IMG/VR virus record: IMGVR_UViG_3300025864_000003
Coordinates: 1 to 51,736 of that record
Reading direction: 5' to 3' (one strand)
From: a virus
Taxonomy: Duplodnaviria; Caudoviricetes
Length of the DNA stretch: 51,736 nt
A program made the position numbers and the translations under genes. Within the stretch, counting starts at the first letter, position 1. Each line of letters begins with the position of its first letter. This document shows, in pieces, positions 43,979 to 51,736 of the stretch. The notes under the pieces were generated by a model, which ran no database searches, was not told where the DNA came from, and saw nothing but the letters and a program-made list of their open reading frames with translations.

Positions 43979-44156
43979 TGACGTTTTCGATGAAGTCACG
44001 GATGGTGGCTTGCAATTCTTTGTACCCCCACCTTACGTCCTCAACCTCCACCTTCAGCCGGGCCACCTCCGCCTCCAGCTCCTTTACATACCCTACCTCT
44101 ATCGTATTCTCGTCCTGGTGGTAGTCATTCCAGAACCACTTCGAGTTCTCACTCAT
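43965..44156 (-). CDS. Small coiled-coil protein
   Basis: VKELEAEVARLK. Confidence 0.6.
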   Translation of the reverse strand: MSENSKWFWNDYHQDENTIEVGYVKELEAEVARLKVEVEDVRWGYKELQATIRDFIENVNESC

Positions 44157-44269
44157 CCCGAGCCACCTCGGCCCTGGCGGACGCTATGTATGCCTTCCTA
44201 AGCGCATCAATATGGACCCACTCCAGAAACTTCTCCCGACTGGCTGGCGTCAGCTTCATAGCATTCACA

Positions 44270-44926
44270 TCATCCAATGTAATCCTTTCCCCCATTCTTC
44301 GCCCCCTTTGCGCCGTCGTTGCCCAGCGTTTTCTTGAACATGTTTCCACCAGCTACGTGGTACACGACGACGCCCTCTGGGTTCATGAAGGTGGGATGGG
44401 CGACGGCGGCACTGCCCTGCGCCTCAAGACTGTCCAGCACGCACTCCACCACCTCCAGATTGAAGGGACCCCTGTACAGCAGTGGCACGAGGTTCACACA
44501 CGGCGGCAGTACCTCCTGATATTTCTCTTGTGTTGGGTCGCCAGTGATGATGCGCTGAGGCTCGGTGCCATGCTCACACCACCGGATGACGTTGAACATG
44601 GAGAACTCCTTGTGTCCCAGGCCATAGTTCCTGTTGATGCCCAGTCCCCACCACTCACCGAAGTGGTGGCCACGTCCCAGCGTTTGCAGCTCTTCCTTGT
44701 GCTCGTAGGCCCACTTCGCGAAGCCCATGTTGTCGTTGCCCGGGGCGATCCAGCGTTTTCTACTGCCGACGAGGAACTCCCCGTCGTCCCCGTTGTATAT
44801 CTGTGCGTTCGTGCCGTCTATCTTCTCGGTGATAATCATGTCCCGAGACAATCTCGGAATCTTGCCAAAGGAAACAAACGGCGTCTCCACTGACAACGCG
44901 CCGTGTTCTGCAAAGTTCACCATCAC
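44270..44926 (-). CDS. ATP-dependent RNA ligase (Rnl2-like adenylyltransferase domain)
   Basis: F.KIPRL, motif I TEKIDGTN, GSR.R.I...DN.GFA, FGEWWG.GI, VPLLY.G, EGVV. Confidence 0.85.
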   Translation of the reverse strand: MMVNFAEHGALSVETPFVSFGKIPRLSRDMIITEKIDGTNAQIYNGDDGEFLVGSRKRWIAPGNDNMGFAKWAYEHKEELQTLGRGHHFGEWWGLGINRNYGLGHKEFSMFNVIRWCEHGTEPQRIITGDPTQEKYQEVLPPCVNLVPLLYRGPFNLEVVECVLDSLEAQGSAAVAHPTFMNPEGVVVYHVAGGNMFKKTLGNDGAKGAKNGGKDYIG

Positions 44927-45011
44927 TCATCCTCACCTATGTCTATCTTGTCAAACAAACTGTTCCATAAATAACGCTCACGAGCTATGACATACTCTGT
45001 TAGGGCTTGGT

Positions 45012-45425
45012 CTATACGGAGAGGCGTGGGTAGGCCAACACTTCCACCCTGGGGTGCTCTCTGTCCAGCTCGAAGTCCATGATCCGCACCAGCATCCACT
45101 TGTCGTCCTCGCATACCTTACCCTCCAGGGCATCGCATAGCAGCTTGGTAAGATTGTGTGCATCTCGCCTTCTCCTGTCGGGCCAGTAAACCCGCATCTC
45201 AACGATGGCCTTCTCATCCAGACAGAACCACCCGCACTCATCCATAGCATCCAGCGCCTTGTCCCCGGCGTACTCCATCCACGCCTGAGCCCTGTCCGTC
45301 AGCACATTCATCACGCGCCTGCACTTCTTCCCGTTCTTGTAGTAGGTCTTGGTGCGACGAACATAGATGTGGTTAGATGAGGGGGGCAGTGTGAGTGTCA
45401 CCTTGTAGACGGGTTTCACGGCCAT
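45012..45425 (-). CDS. rusA: RusA-family Holliday junction resolvase
   Basis: LPPSSN, PDRRRRDAHNLTKLLCDAL, DD, PRVEV. Confidence 0.9.
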   Translation of the reverse strand: MAVKPVYKVTLTLPPSSNHIYVRRTKTYYKNGKKCRRVMNVLTDRAQAWMEYAGDKALDAMDECGWFCLDEKAIVEMRVYWPDRRRRDAHNLTKLLCDALEGKVCEDDKWMLVRIMDFELDREHPRVEVLAYPRLSV

Positions 45426-45700
45426 CTGGAAATGTTGATACCACCCCACAGCTGCCGGGTCGCGTCCATGTACGAGGAACCCTGCTCCCAGAATGGGGAG
45501 GGCGGCGGTGCCGTTGGTGCGCACACCGTCTGCTTGTCTAGCTGCTCTTGCAGCTCGGCAATGCGAGCGTTCTTCATGTAAACCGCCAGCTCGGCCATGT
45601 CCCACCCGACCTGTAGCCTTCGATTCTCTGCCTCTAACTCCTCCGTGTAGGGCTTGTACTCTTTGACGCGCCAGTCGCCCTTGTATGGAAACTTTCTCAT
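45416..45700 (-). CDS. Coiled-coil hypothetical protein
   Basis: ELEAENRRL, RIAELQE. Confidence 0.6.
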   Translation of the reverse strand: MRKFPYKGDWRVKEYKPYTEELEAENRRLQVGWDMAELAVYMKNARIAELQEQLDKQTVCAPTAPPPSPFWEQGSSYMDATRQLWGGINISRWP

Positions 45701-45897
45701 GAGTGCTCCTCGTTTCTGGGAACAAAATAGATTTCGCGCGGCTCATCCATCTCCCTAAGCATTCTCCGGGCCTTACGGTAGGCCCCCCAACGGGTCTGGG
45801 TGAGTGCTATGGGTCCATAGGGCCAGTCAATGTGGACCGCCCATCGGGTTATCAACAAGTACTCGGTACGAAATATCTCTACCTTGTGATCGCTCAT
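45697..45897 (-). CDS. Hypothetical protein
   Basis: TRWGAYRKARR motif; coupled. Confidence 0.55.
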   Translation of the reverse strand: MSDHKVEIFRTEYLLITRWAVHIDWPYGPIALTQTRWGAYRKARRMLREMDEPREIYFVPRNEEHS

Positions 45898-45899
45898 AC

Positions 45900-46034
45900 C
45901 TACACCTTCAACTGGAAACCACAGGCTGTACACCTGTAGGTGCTGCCGGTGGGGCTAGCTACGGGCATGTAGTGGAAATCGTGCCCCTTGCACTTCGGAC
46001 ACTTCAGATAGCGCACTGCTTTCTTCGCCTTCAT
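45900..46034 (-). CDS. Zn-ribbon micro-protein (44 aa)
   Basis: CPKCKG...YRCTACG; read manually. Confidence 0.6.
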   Translation of the reverse strand: MKAKKAVRYLKCPKCKGHDFHYMPVASPTGSTYRCTACGFQLKV

Positions 46035-46183
46035 CCCTCGTCCTCCAATTCTCCGTGCCTACAGCGGTCGCAACTACCGTGGTGCTCGTTATCTCTCAGC
46101 TCTCGGTGGCACATCCAGCATAGCTGGTCTAGACACTGCTCCTCAAGCTGTTCTATGCGTTCCTCCAGCGTTAGCTTCTTCAT
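46031..46183 (-). CDS. Small Cys-rich protein
   Basis: SD GAGGAG; CWMC...CDRC. Confidence 0.55.
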   Translation of the reverse strand: MKKLTLEERIEQLEEQCLDQLCWMCHRELRDNEHHGSCDRCRHGELEDEG

Positions 46184-46185
46184 AT

Positions 46186-47445
46186 CTACTCCTCGTATCT
46201 TTGAAACTGAGGCATCCACACGAGGTCAACTGCCCCGAGGGGACCGTTCCTATTCTTGGCAATGTCTACCGTTACGAACCTCTGCCCGTTGTCCTCTTTC
46301 GGCCACGAGAGAAGCCATACACAATCGGCGTCCTGTTCCAGGCTACCCGACTCCTTCAGTTGACTGATGTCAACCTTGGTGCCGTCGAAGGTGGAGACTC
46401 GATTCAGTTGCGAGAGTGCCATGATGGCAATGCCGCACTCCATGGCGAGCCCCTTCAACTCTCTTGACATCTCGCTGACTTCCTCACGCCTGTTCTCGCA
46501 ACGTGTACCCATTCTCATCAGCTGTAGGTAGTCCACCACCACCAGCTTCACATCATGAGACTTCACGTACTTCCTCACCTTGCTCTTCAGGGACAGGAGG
46601 GTCATGGACGTGTTGTCAATGAACTGCAAGTTCAGCTCCTCTATCTCGGCCTGCGCCCTGTACAGACTCGCTAGCTCATCCGGAGTGAGACTCCTCTCCC
46701 GTATGTGTGTAAGTGATGTGCACGACACGTTGGCAAGCAGGCGCTCCATAAGTTCTTCCGCCCGCATCTCCATCGAGAAGAATAGTACCGCGTCATTCTT
46801 ACTGACACGGTGCGCCACGGATAGTCCGATGCAAGTCTTTCCGACGCCCGGACGTGCACCGATAATAGTAAGCGCGCCGGCGTGTAGACCCTGAGCGTAC
46901 TGGTCAATGCTCCTGAATCCCGTGCTGACCATTTCGGGCTTGACACCGGACTCAATGTTTGCAAGGACCGAACGACCCAGACTTCCCGCACCGTGTACGT
47001 CGCGAGCGGACTGTGGTCGAAGACCCATGAGCTTGTGCTCGGCTGCGTCGATGAGCTTGCTTGTCTCAACATTGCTATCTTCATATCCCATCTCCGCTAT
47101 TTCCTGGCCCACCCTCACGAGAGAGCGTGCCACTGCATCACCGTGGACAATTGCGGCATAGTGCTGACAATTGGCTGCCGATGGGCAGCACTCCTCAAGC
47201 GCCCAGATGAGGTCGTGGTCGTCTGGGTGTAGAGCGGCGAGAGTTACAACGTCCACACTGGACTCATCATCCACCCACATCTTCAGCATCTGTGCGTACA
47301 GGTTACCGTGCTTCTCTGTGTAGAAGTCAGCGGAATCCACCAGTTCCTGTACTGCCGGTATAACCGTCGAGGGGCTCTGAAGCATGGCCCCCAACAGCGA
47401 CTGCTCCGCGTCCTTGTTCTGTGGCGGAGTGTGCATCACAGTCAA
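46186..47445 (-). CDS. dnaB: Replicative DNA helicase DnaB
   Basis: PPQN.DAEQSLLG, GARPGVGKT, FSMEM, VVVDYLQL, LSQLNR, LKESGSLEQDAD, AKNRNGP. Confidence 0.97.
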   Translation of the reverse strand: MTVMHTPPQNKDAEQSLLGAMLQSPSTVIPAVQELVDSADFYTEKHGNLYAQMLKMWVDDESSVDVVTLAALHPDDHDLIWALEECCPSAANCQHYAAIVHGDAVARSLVRVGQEIAEMGYEDSNVETSKLIDAAEHKLMGLRPQSARDVHGAGSLGRSVLANIESGVKPEMVSTGFRSIDQYAQGLHAGALTIIGARPGVGKTCIGLSVAHRVSKNDAVLFFSMEMRAEELMERLLANVSCTSLTHIRERSLTPDELASLYRAQAEIEELNLQFIDNTSMTLLSLKSKVRKYVKSHDVKLVVVDYLQLMRMGTRCENRREEVSEMSRELKGLAMECGIAIMALSQLNRVSTFDGTKVDISQLKESGSLEQDADCVWLLSWPKEDNGQRFVTVDIAKNRNGPLGAVDLVWMPQFQRYEE

Positions 47446-47717
47446 GACTCATCACCACAGGCGAACCACTTTTCCAGTCGGACATCAGACCTCAGGGCGT
47501 GATACTCGACACGTAGGTCATCATGCTCCATCTGCAATTCCTCCAGCTGAGCCTCGACCAGACGCCTTGTCGTAGAGAGAATCTCACTCTGCTTCAACAG
47601 TTCGGCGCCCCACGCCTCCAGGTCCTCGATGTACTCCATAATCCCACCACTCTCAGTGGTGTTGAACGTCTTTGCTATCAGCCAAAATACATGCTCGTGG
47701 TCGTAAACGACGCTCAT
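47442..47717 (-). CDS. Coiled-coil hypothetical protein
   Basis: Coupled within the operon. Confidence 0.6.
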   Translation of the reverse strand: MSVVYDHEHVFWLIAKTFNTTESGGIMEYIEDLEAWGAELLKQSEILSTTRRLVEAQLEELQMEHDDLRVEYHALRSDVRLEKWFACGDES

Positions 47718-48079
47718 GACTGCTCCCTCTCGGCCCAGCGTTTCATGCAGAGGTCATAGTCGTTGGGGAGAATGTTGTCAAACCACTCCTCTACGAATAT
47801 CAGCTTCAGCTTGACTCGCATCAGCTCATCCTTGGTTTTGTTGTGGTCGTCTATCTCGCGCCGGTAGCAGATGTCTAGTTCCTCGATAGTGGCCTCGGCC
47901 TGCTCCAAGTCGTGCCGAAAGGTCGCGTTCACAGCGTTCACAAGCCATAGCTCGGCCTCCAGCTCGGCAAGGGCGTCGTCGGCATATAGAACGGCGTGGT
48001 ACCCCGAGCAAAGCTCCTGTTGTATGCGCGTTCTGGCTTGCCGATAAGTATCGACTGCGCTCCTGGTGTCCTTCGTCAT
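47714..48079 (-). CDS. Coiled-coil hypothetical protein
   Basis: ALAELEAE, EQAEATIEEL. Confidence 0.6.
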   Translation of the reverse strand: MTKDTRSAVDTYRQARTRIQQELCSGYHAVLYADDALAELEAELWLVNAVNATFRHDLEQAEATIEELDICYRREIDDHNKTKDELMRVKLKLIFVEEWFDNILPNDYDLCMKRWAEREQS

Positions 48080-48849
48080 GCGCTCACCAGCGTAGGGTGA
48101 GCGGGCTCCGATTTACGCGAGCGACTCCACGCGCCACACTCATTGCACACATAGCGTTGATAGGTACAGGTTGCCGTGTGGGCGAATCCCCTGCGCTGTA
48201 GAGACTTACCTACAGAGCCGCACCTTGGGCAGGCATCCTCTTCTCCAACCAGACCCCCGAGATTCGGGTGTGAGGTAATAAAGGGACGCAGTAGACCGTA
48301 CAGTTCTGACAGCAACATCACGTCCTGGTTGTTGTACCTCTTCATCTTCCCCCACGCACTCATGTCTCCGTCTACGCAATCGCGCCACAGCTTGCCATGT
48401 GTATCCTTTGGCTTGCTCCCAAGTTCGAGCTTCTCACAAAGGTCGTTCAGGGAGTTGGACGCCATCCTAAAATATCTTCTAGCAGACATGAGGGTGTCCA
48501 CGCTCTTGTACGGGGAGGGAGGACCAAAGTTGTGCGCAAGGAATCTTGCGGTGGCTATGCGGTTGTCAAACCTGTTGGCGTTGTGCGCCACCACAATGTC
48601 CGCCTCGTCCATCAGTTCCCACAAATCGGACACAACGGAGGAATCATCGTAGGGGTAGAGTTCGTACAGGTTGGAATAGTCGGGCTGGGCCACGTTTCTT
48701 ATCTTCCTGTCGCCATACCACTGGTACGAGAAGCACATAATGTATGAGTCTCGCTCAATGCGGATGATGTTTGTGTCCCACATCTTGTAGGTCCACCCCA
48801 GAATGGGGGTAACCTCCAAGTCGTAGAGTAATATCTTGGGGGTCGTCAT
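48076..48849 (-). CDS. RNase H-like DEDD 3'-5' exonuclease with C-terminal Zn ribbon
   Basis: ILLYDLE, VAHNANRFD, SVDTL, YNNQDV; CPRCG...CNECG. Confidence 0.88.
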   Translation of the reverse strand: MTTPKILLYDLEVTPILGWTYKMWDTNIIRIERDSYIMCFSYQWYGDRKIRNVAQPDYSNLYELYPYDDSSVVSDLWELMDEADIVVAHNANRFDNRIATARFLAHNFGPPSPYKSVDTLMSARRYFRMASNSLNDLCEKLELGSKPKDTHGKLWRDCVDGDMSAWGKMKRYNNQDVMLLSELYGLLRPFITSHPNLGGLVGEEDACPRCGSVGKSLQRRGFAHTATCTYQRYVCNECGAWSRSRKSEPAHPTLVSA

Positions 48850-48853
48850 TCAC

Positions 48854-49669
48854 TCACACTCCCTTGAAGACTTGATTGGTCTTGCTCGCGGCATACTTGC
48901 TCAGAACATCCCAGTCGGCAGCCTTCTTCACTACCCATGGAGAGTTCTTGTCACTCCTTACCGCCCACACCGACTTGCTCATGCTCTGCTCACAGGTCCA
49001 GGCGTAGTCGCACCTGCTACAGTGCCAGTCGGGCTCGTATGTTAGCTCCTTCGCCCAACTTCTCTCCACCAAAACATGCTCCAGTCTGTCTGGTATGGTG
49101 GGTAGTGCGGTACGCATGGCATCCATCTCGTCCATGAGGGCACAGCTGCGCTCCCAGGGCATACGGACATCCTGCTCAACTGGAGTGTTCATGCCACCCC
49201 TGTCTAGATAGAGGAGCAAGGGACAGGTGTCCAGTCCCCACTCTTCCGCACAGTAGTGGTCGTAGATGTCGCCCTGGTGGCGGTGCTGCGGGTAGAAGAT
49301 TTCATGCTTGAATGCACCAGGGTACAGGCTCTTTACCTCAATCACCCGCATGCCCCCATACGCCGCAATGATGTCCCCGCGACCACCCCAGTTCACACGA
49401 TCGTACATATCCACCGGGAACTGATAGGCGATGCCAAGGTCCGCGCTCTTGAGGGCCTTCCACAGCGTAGCTTCCAAGTGCTCTGCAATGTCGAACATGA
49501 TCTGTTTATTGATGAGGGTCTGGTCGGACACGGGGTCCTTCGTGGTTTCCAGCAGCCGGTAGGCCACCTGGCGTGGACACTTGCCCACGTCGCTAACAAA
49601 GAGGCGAAGGGGATCGCGTTCCTTGTGCTCGCCCTTCACATGCTTGGCATACATCTCTCCGAGATTCAA
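48854..49669 (-). CDS. PD-(D/E)XK (Cas4-like) exonuclease
   Basis: SDVGKCPRQ, GRGDII...VIEVKS, HQ...Y, WHCSRCDYAWTC. Confidence 0.85.
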   Translation of the reverse strand: MNLGEMYAKHVKGEHKERDPLRLFVSDVGKCPRQVAYRLLETTKDPVSDQTLINKQIMFDIAEHLEATLWKALKSADLGIAYQFPVDMYDRVNWGGRGDIIAAYGGMRVIEVKSLYPGAFKHEIFYPQHRHQGDIYDHYCAEEWGLDTCPLLLYLDRGGMNTPVEQDVRMPWERSCALMDEMDAMRTALPTIPDRLEHVLVERSWAKELTYEPDWHCSRCDYAWTCEQSMSKSVWAVRSDKNSPWVVKKAADWDVLSKYAASKTNQVFKGV

Positions 49670-49670
49670 C

Positions 49671-50159
49671 TCATCCCCCTCGCGCCGTGTCGAAGTGGCC
49701 ATAATCTGGATAGGAACATCTGCAATGACTGCGCCCCTCGCGTAGCTGCGCCTTCAGGGCTGCCAACTCCTCGAACTCCTCCCAGTACAGGTCGCGCCAC
49801 TTGTCGCTGATCTTCTTGGTGTCTGCCAACTCGGCCTCTAGCCGGTGGATTGTCCTGTACCAACCGTCACGCTGGCCCATGAGATCGTCCCGCTCAGCCA
49901 GCGCCTCCTTGCGAGCCACGTTGTAGAGTCGAGCGTCTTCTCTTTCCTGCACCAGCTCGACTTGCAAGGTGTTCGCGGCCATTTCGGCCGTGTTGCAGTT
50001 GTCAGACGAGATGTTGGCATCGCGGCGGGCCTCGTCACGTTCAAACATGGCCTGTTCAGCTCTCGCCCACTCGTCCCCCACCTCGTCTTTCAGCGTGGCA
50101 ATCTGTGCGTCTTTCTGCTGCTCCCTGTCGCCCGGATAGGAGTCGGTGAAAATGCCCAT
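49671..50159 (-). CDS. Coiled-coil protein
   Basis: RAEQAMFERDEAR, RLEAELAD heptads. Confidence 0.65.
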   Translation of the reverse strand: MGIFTDSYPGDREQQKDAQIATLKDEVGDEWARAEQAMFERDEARRDANISSDNCNTAEMAANTLQVELVQEREDARLYNVARKEALAERDDLMGQRDGWYRTIHRLEAELADTKKISDKWRDLYWEEFEELAALKAQLREGRSHCRCSYPDYGHFDTARGG

Positions 50160-50326
50160 CACTTCTTCCCCCATCGCGACTTCTTCTTTTTCTTCGCGGG
50201 CTTGGGAAATGCGAGGTCAGAAGAGGTGTAATCCATCTTTCCCTTGCCCTCCTTTGCCTTTTTTGGGAAGAGGGCAGGCAGGTTGCGTATGTCCAGCGGG
50301 TCCTTGGGTAGCTTCAGGTTCTTCAT
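50159..50326 (-). CDS. Lys-rich micro-protein (55 aa)
   Basis: MKNLKLPKDP...AFPKPAKKKKKSRWGKK; TGATG-coupled on both sides; read manually. Confidence 0.6.
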   Translation of the reverse strand: MKNLKLPKDPLDIRNLPALFPKKAKEGKGKMDYTSSDLAFPKPAKKKKKSRWGKK

Positions 50327-50853
50327 CAAAAGCTGTTGTCGAATTCATCAACCGGCGCGCTTCCTGCACCAGCCACGTCACTGACATTCCCTTTAGAATC
50401 CACGAACTTCAGGACCACCTCTGCCAGCACCGGGAAGGTGACAGCGAACTCGTCCAGATTGATGGCTCCGCCACCCTGCATGCAGTTGGCATAAATGGTG
50501 CCGGCACAGTTGGCCGCCGTCTGACGCTTGCTGGTTTCGGTGTCAAAGTCCTTACTCACGTTACCTCCTGAAGCCTGATTGCCGCCGCCCTGATAGGCGG
50601 CCTTGTCTGGCCACGTGTTGTCGCCGTCCTCTGGCTGCCAGGGGCGGGCGCGGTTCACGTACTTGCTTCCGTACTTGTGGTCGCCCGTGGGGGCCGTCTC
50701 TGCGTAGTCGATCTTGTAACGCTCGCCAGCAGCGAGGTCCGCAATAAGCTCCTGCTTATTACAGTTCCAATTCTTCTGAGCCGAGCACTTGAAGTGGATG
50801 TACCCAGCCTCGCGCTTGTCGATGTTGGCGATTTTGATAACTGCGAATGGCAT
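50326..50853 (-). CDS. Putative single-stranded DNA-binding protein
   Basis: OB-like N-terminus, Gly-rich linker, RQTA.NCA motif, acidic/aromatic tail DEFDNSF; near nuclease and helicase. Confidence 0.55.
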   Translation of the reverse strand: MPFAVIKIANIDKREAGYIHFKCSAQKNWNCNKQELIADLAAGERYKIDYAETAPTGDHKYGSKYVNRARPWQPEDGDNTWPDKAAYQGGGNQASGGNVSKDFDTETSKRQTAANCAGTIYANCMQGGGAINLDEFAVTFPVLAEVVLKFVDSKGNVSDVAGAGSAPVDEFDNSF

Positions 50854-51045
50854 CTATTCCTCCTCGTATCTGTCTTCGTACTCTAGCTTGGGCTGACAAT
50901 TGGGGCAGTTCAAAAAGCACGCCGCCTCTAGGGTGGAGAATCTGTGCTTCTCATCAAGAAATACAGACATGTAACCCGGATACCGGGTCATGGGTGTACG
51001 GCAATACGGGCACTTCGTAGCGACGTTAGTGGGCTGGACTGTCAT
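50854..51045 (-). CDS. Zn-ribbon protein, first gene of the replication operon
   Basis: SD AAGGAGG; CPYC...CPNC. Confidence 0.7.
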   Translation of the reverse strand: MTVQPTNVATKCPYCRTPMTRYPGYMSVFLDEKHRFSTLEAACFLNCPNCQPKLEYEDRYEEE

Positions 51046-51195
51046 GGGCCTCCTTGGGTAAGGTGGGTGGGGTGGCGGCAAAGGTCAGGAAGTCGCAGCT
51101 AGGCAGTCTCCGCTCCAACGCCAACACCCCACAAGATCGACCCCCGACCCGCTGGCTTCTAGGGAAGCTACCCCGAGGCGGCGGCCGATGTAATC

Positions 51196-51223
51196 AGTCT
51201 AGCACCGTCGCCGGGGCTGACAA
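51196..51223 (-). promoter_or_regulatory. Sigma70-type promoter for the replication operon
   Basis: TTGTCA-16 nt-TAGACT with extended TG on the minus strand. Confidence 0.5.
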
Positions 51224-51387
51224 GGGGTCGAGGGAAAAACTTTCGTCTTTATTGAAAAAGCTCTGCTCTTGATCTATTCTACATCCCATAAGAAAGAGAT
51301 AAGAACAAGAGCAAGAGCAGAGAACAGTGGTTAAGGGCAGGGGCTACCGCGCCAGCCCCGGTAGGCGATTAGAATTGTCCTGCGCTC

Positions 51388-51591
51388 CTACGCCTTGGCG
51401 CTGAGAATCTCAATGAACTTATCCAGAGCAGAGCGGAAACCCATGGCCAAGGCTCCTATCTGAACAATCAGAAGGGCCAGGTGATCCGGGTTCGGTAGGA
51501 CCTTCTCGTAGGCCAGCACACCGTAGACAATGGACGCCACGGCAATGATGTAGGTCTTTTTGCCAGATAGATAGCTTGTAATAGCCTTCAT
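51388..51591 (-). CDS. Putative holin
   Basis: 67 aa, LSGKKTYIIA, two TM segments, GFRSA; SD GGAGG. Confidence 0.75.
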   Translation of the reverse strand: MKAITSYLSGKKTYIIAVASIVYGVLAYEKVLPNPDHLALLIVQIGALAMGFRSALDKFIEILSAKA

Positions 51592-51609
51592 ACTTCACCT
51601 CCCTCTACA

Positions 51610-51736
51610 TCTTCCATGTTCTGTAGGTCAACTTGGGTAGCAAACCAGTTCATTTTTGCTGTTTCAAGCGTGCCTATGATGATATCGTTTCTATCCAGAG
51701 TGGTGAGTACTGTCTGATCGTCATCTACCATGTTCA
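51610..51736. repeat. 127-bp direct terminal repeat (copy 2)
   Basis: Identical to 1-127. Confidence 0.97.

Noticed and set aside
48854-49669. Cas4 as a sign of a CRISPR system
   Set aside because: No repeat-spacer array or other cas genes seen; standalone Cas4-like nucleases are common in phage recombination modules.
51610-51736. Terminal repeat as a biological direct terminal repeat
   Set aside because: 127 bp equals a common assembler k-mer size and the junction falls inside an intact ORF; it shows circularity, not physical ends.
1-51736. Stop-codon reassignment
   Set aside because: Core genes are intact in the standard code, all three stops are used with overlapping stop/start junctions, and no suppressor tRNA was seen.

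Overview
This looks like a complete circular dsDNA phage genome of 51,609 bp. Bases 1-127 are repeated exactly at 51610-51736, which is typical of an assembly overlap. Gene content suggests a podovirus-like, probably lytic phage: no tape measure, tail tube, integrase, DNA polymerase or primase was recognised. Layout: (i) a minus-strand morphogenesis/lysis arm from 27.5 kb down through the contig junction to 51.4 kb (TerS, TerL, HNH, portal, a 2610-aa and a 690-aa putative ejection protein, scaffold, major capsid, CHAP endolysin, tail/receptor proteins, holin); (ii) a plus-strand arm at 27.6-41.7 kb (nucleotide-metabolism genes, metallophosphoesterase, ClpP, non-coding RNAs, a low-complexity tract, amidoligase plus gamma-glutamylcyclotransferase, many tiny Cys-rich and coiled-coil ORFs); (iii) a minus-strand replication/recombination arm at 51.0-41.8 kb (SSB-like, PD-(D/E)XK nuclease, DEDD exonuclease, DnaB, RusA, RNA ligase, HNH). 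The most notable signals are non-coding. One is an 80-nt tmRNA-like RNA made only of the tRNA-like domain, with no mRNA-like domain, close to clpP. The other is a pair of variant type III hammerhead ribozymes that bracket a structured region and a non-canonical tRNA-His. Two tail-protein domains (FN3-like and Gly-rich) are each split across two separate ORFs. All calls come from manual motif reading and manual base-pairing; no database searches were run.
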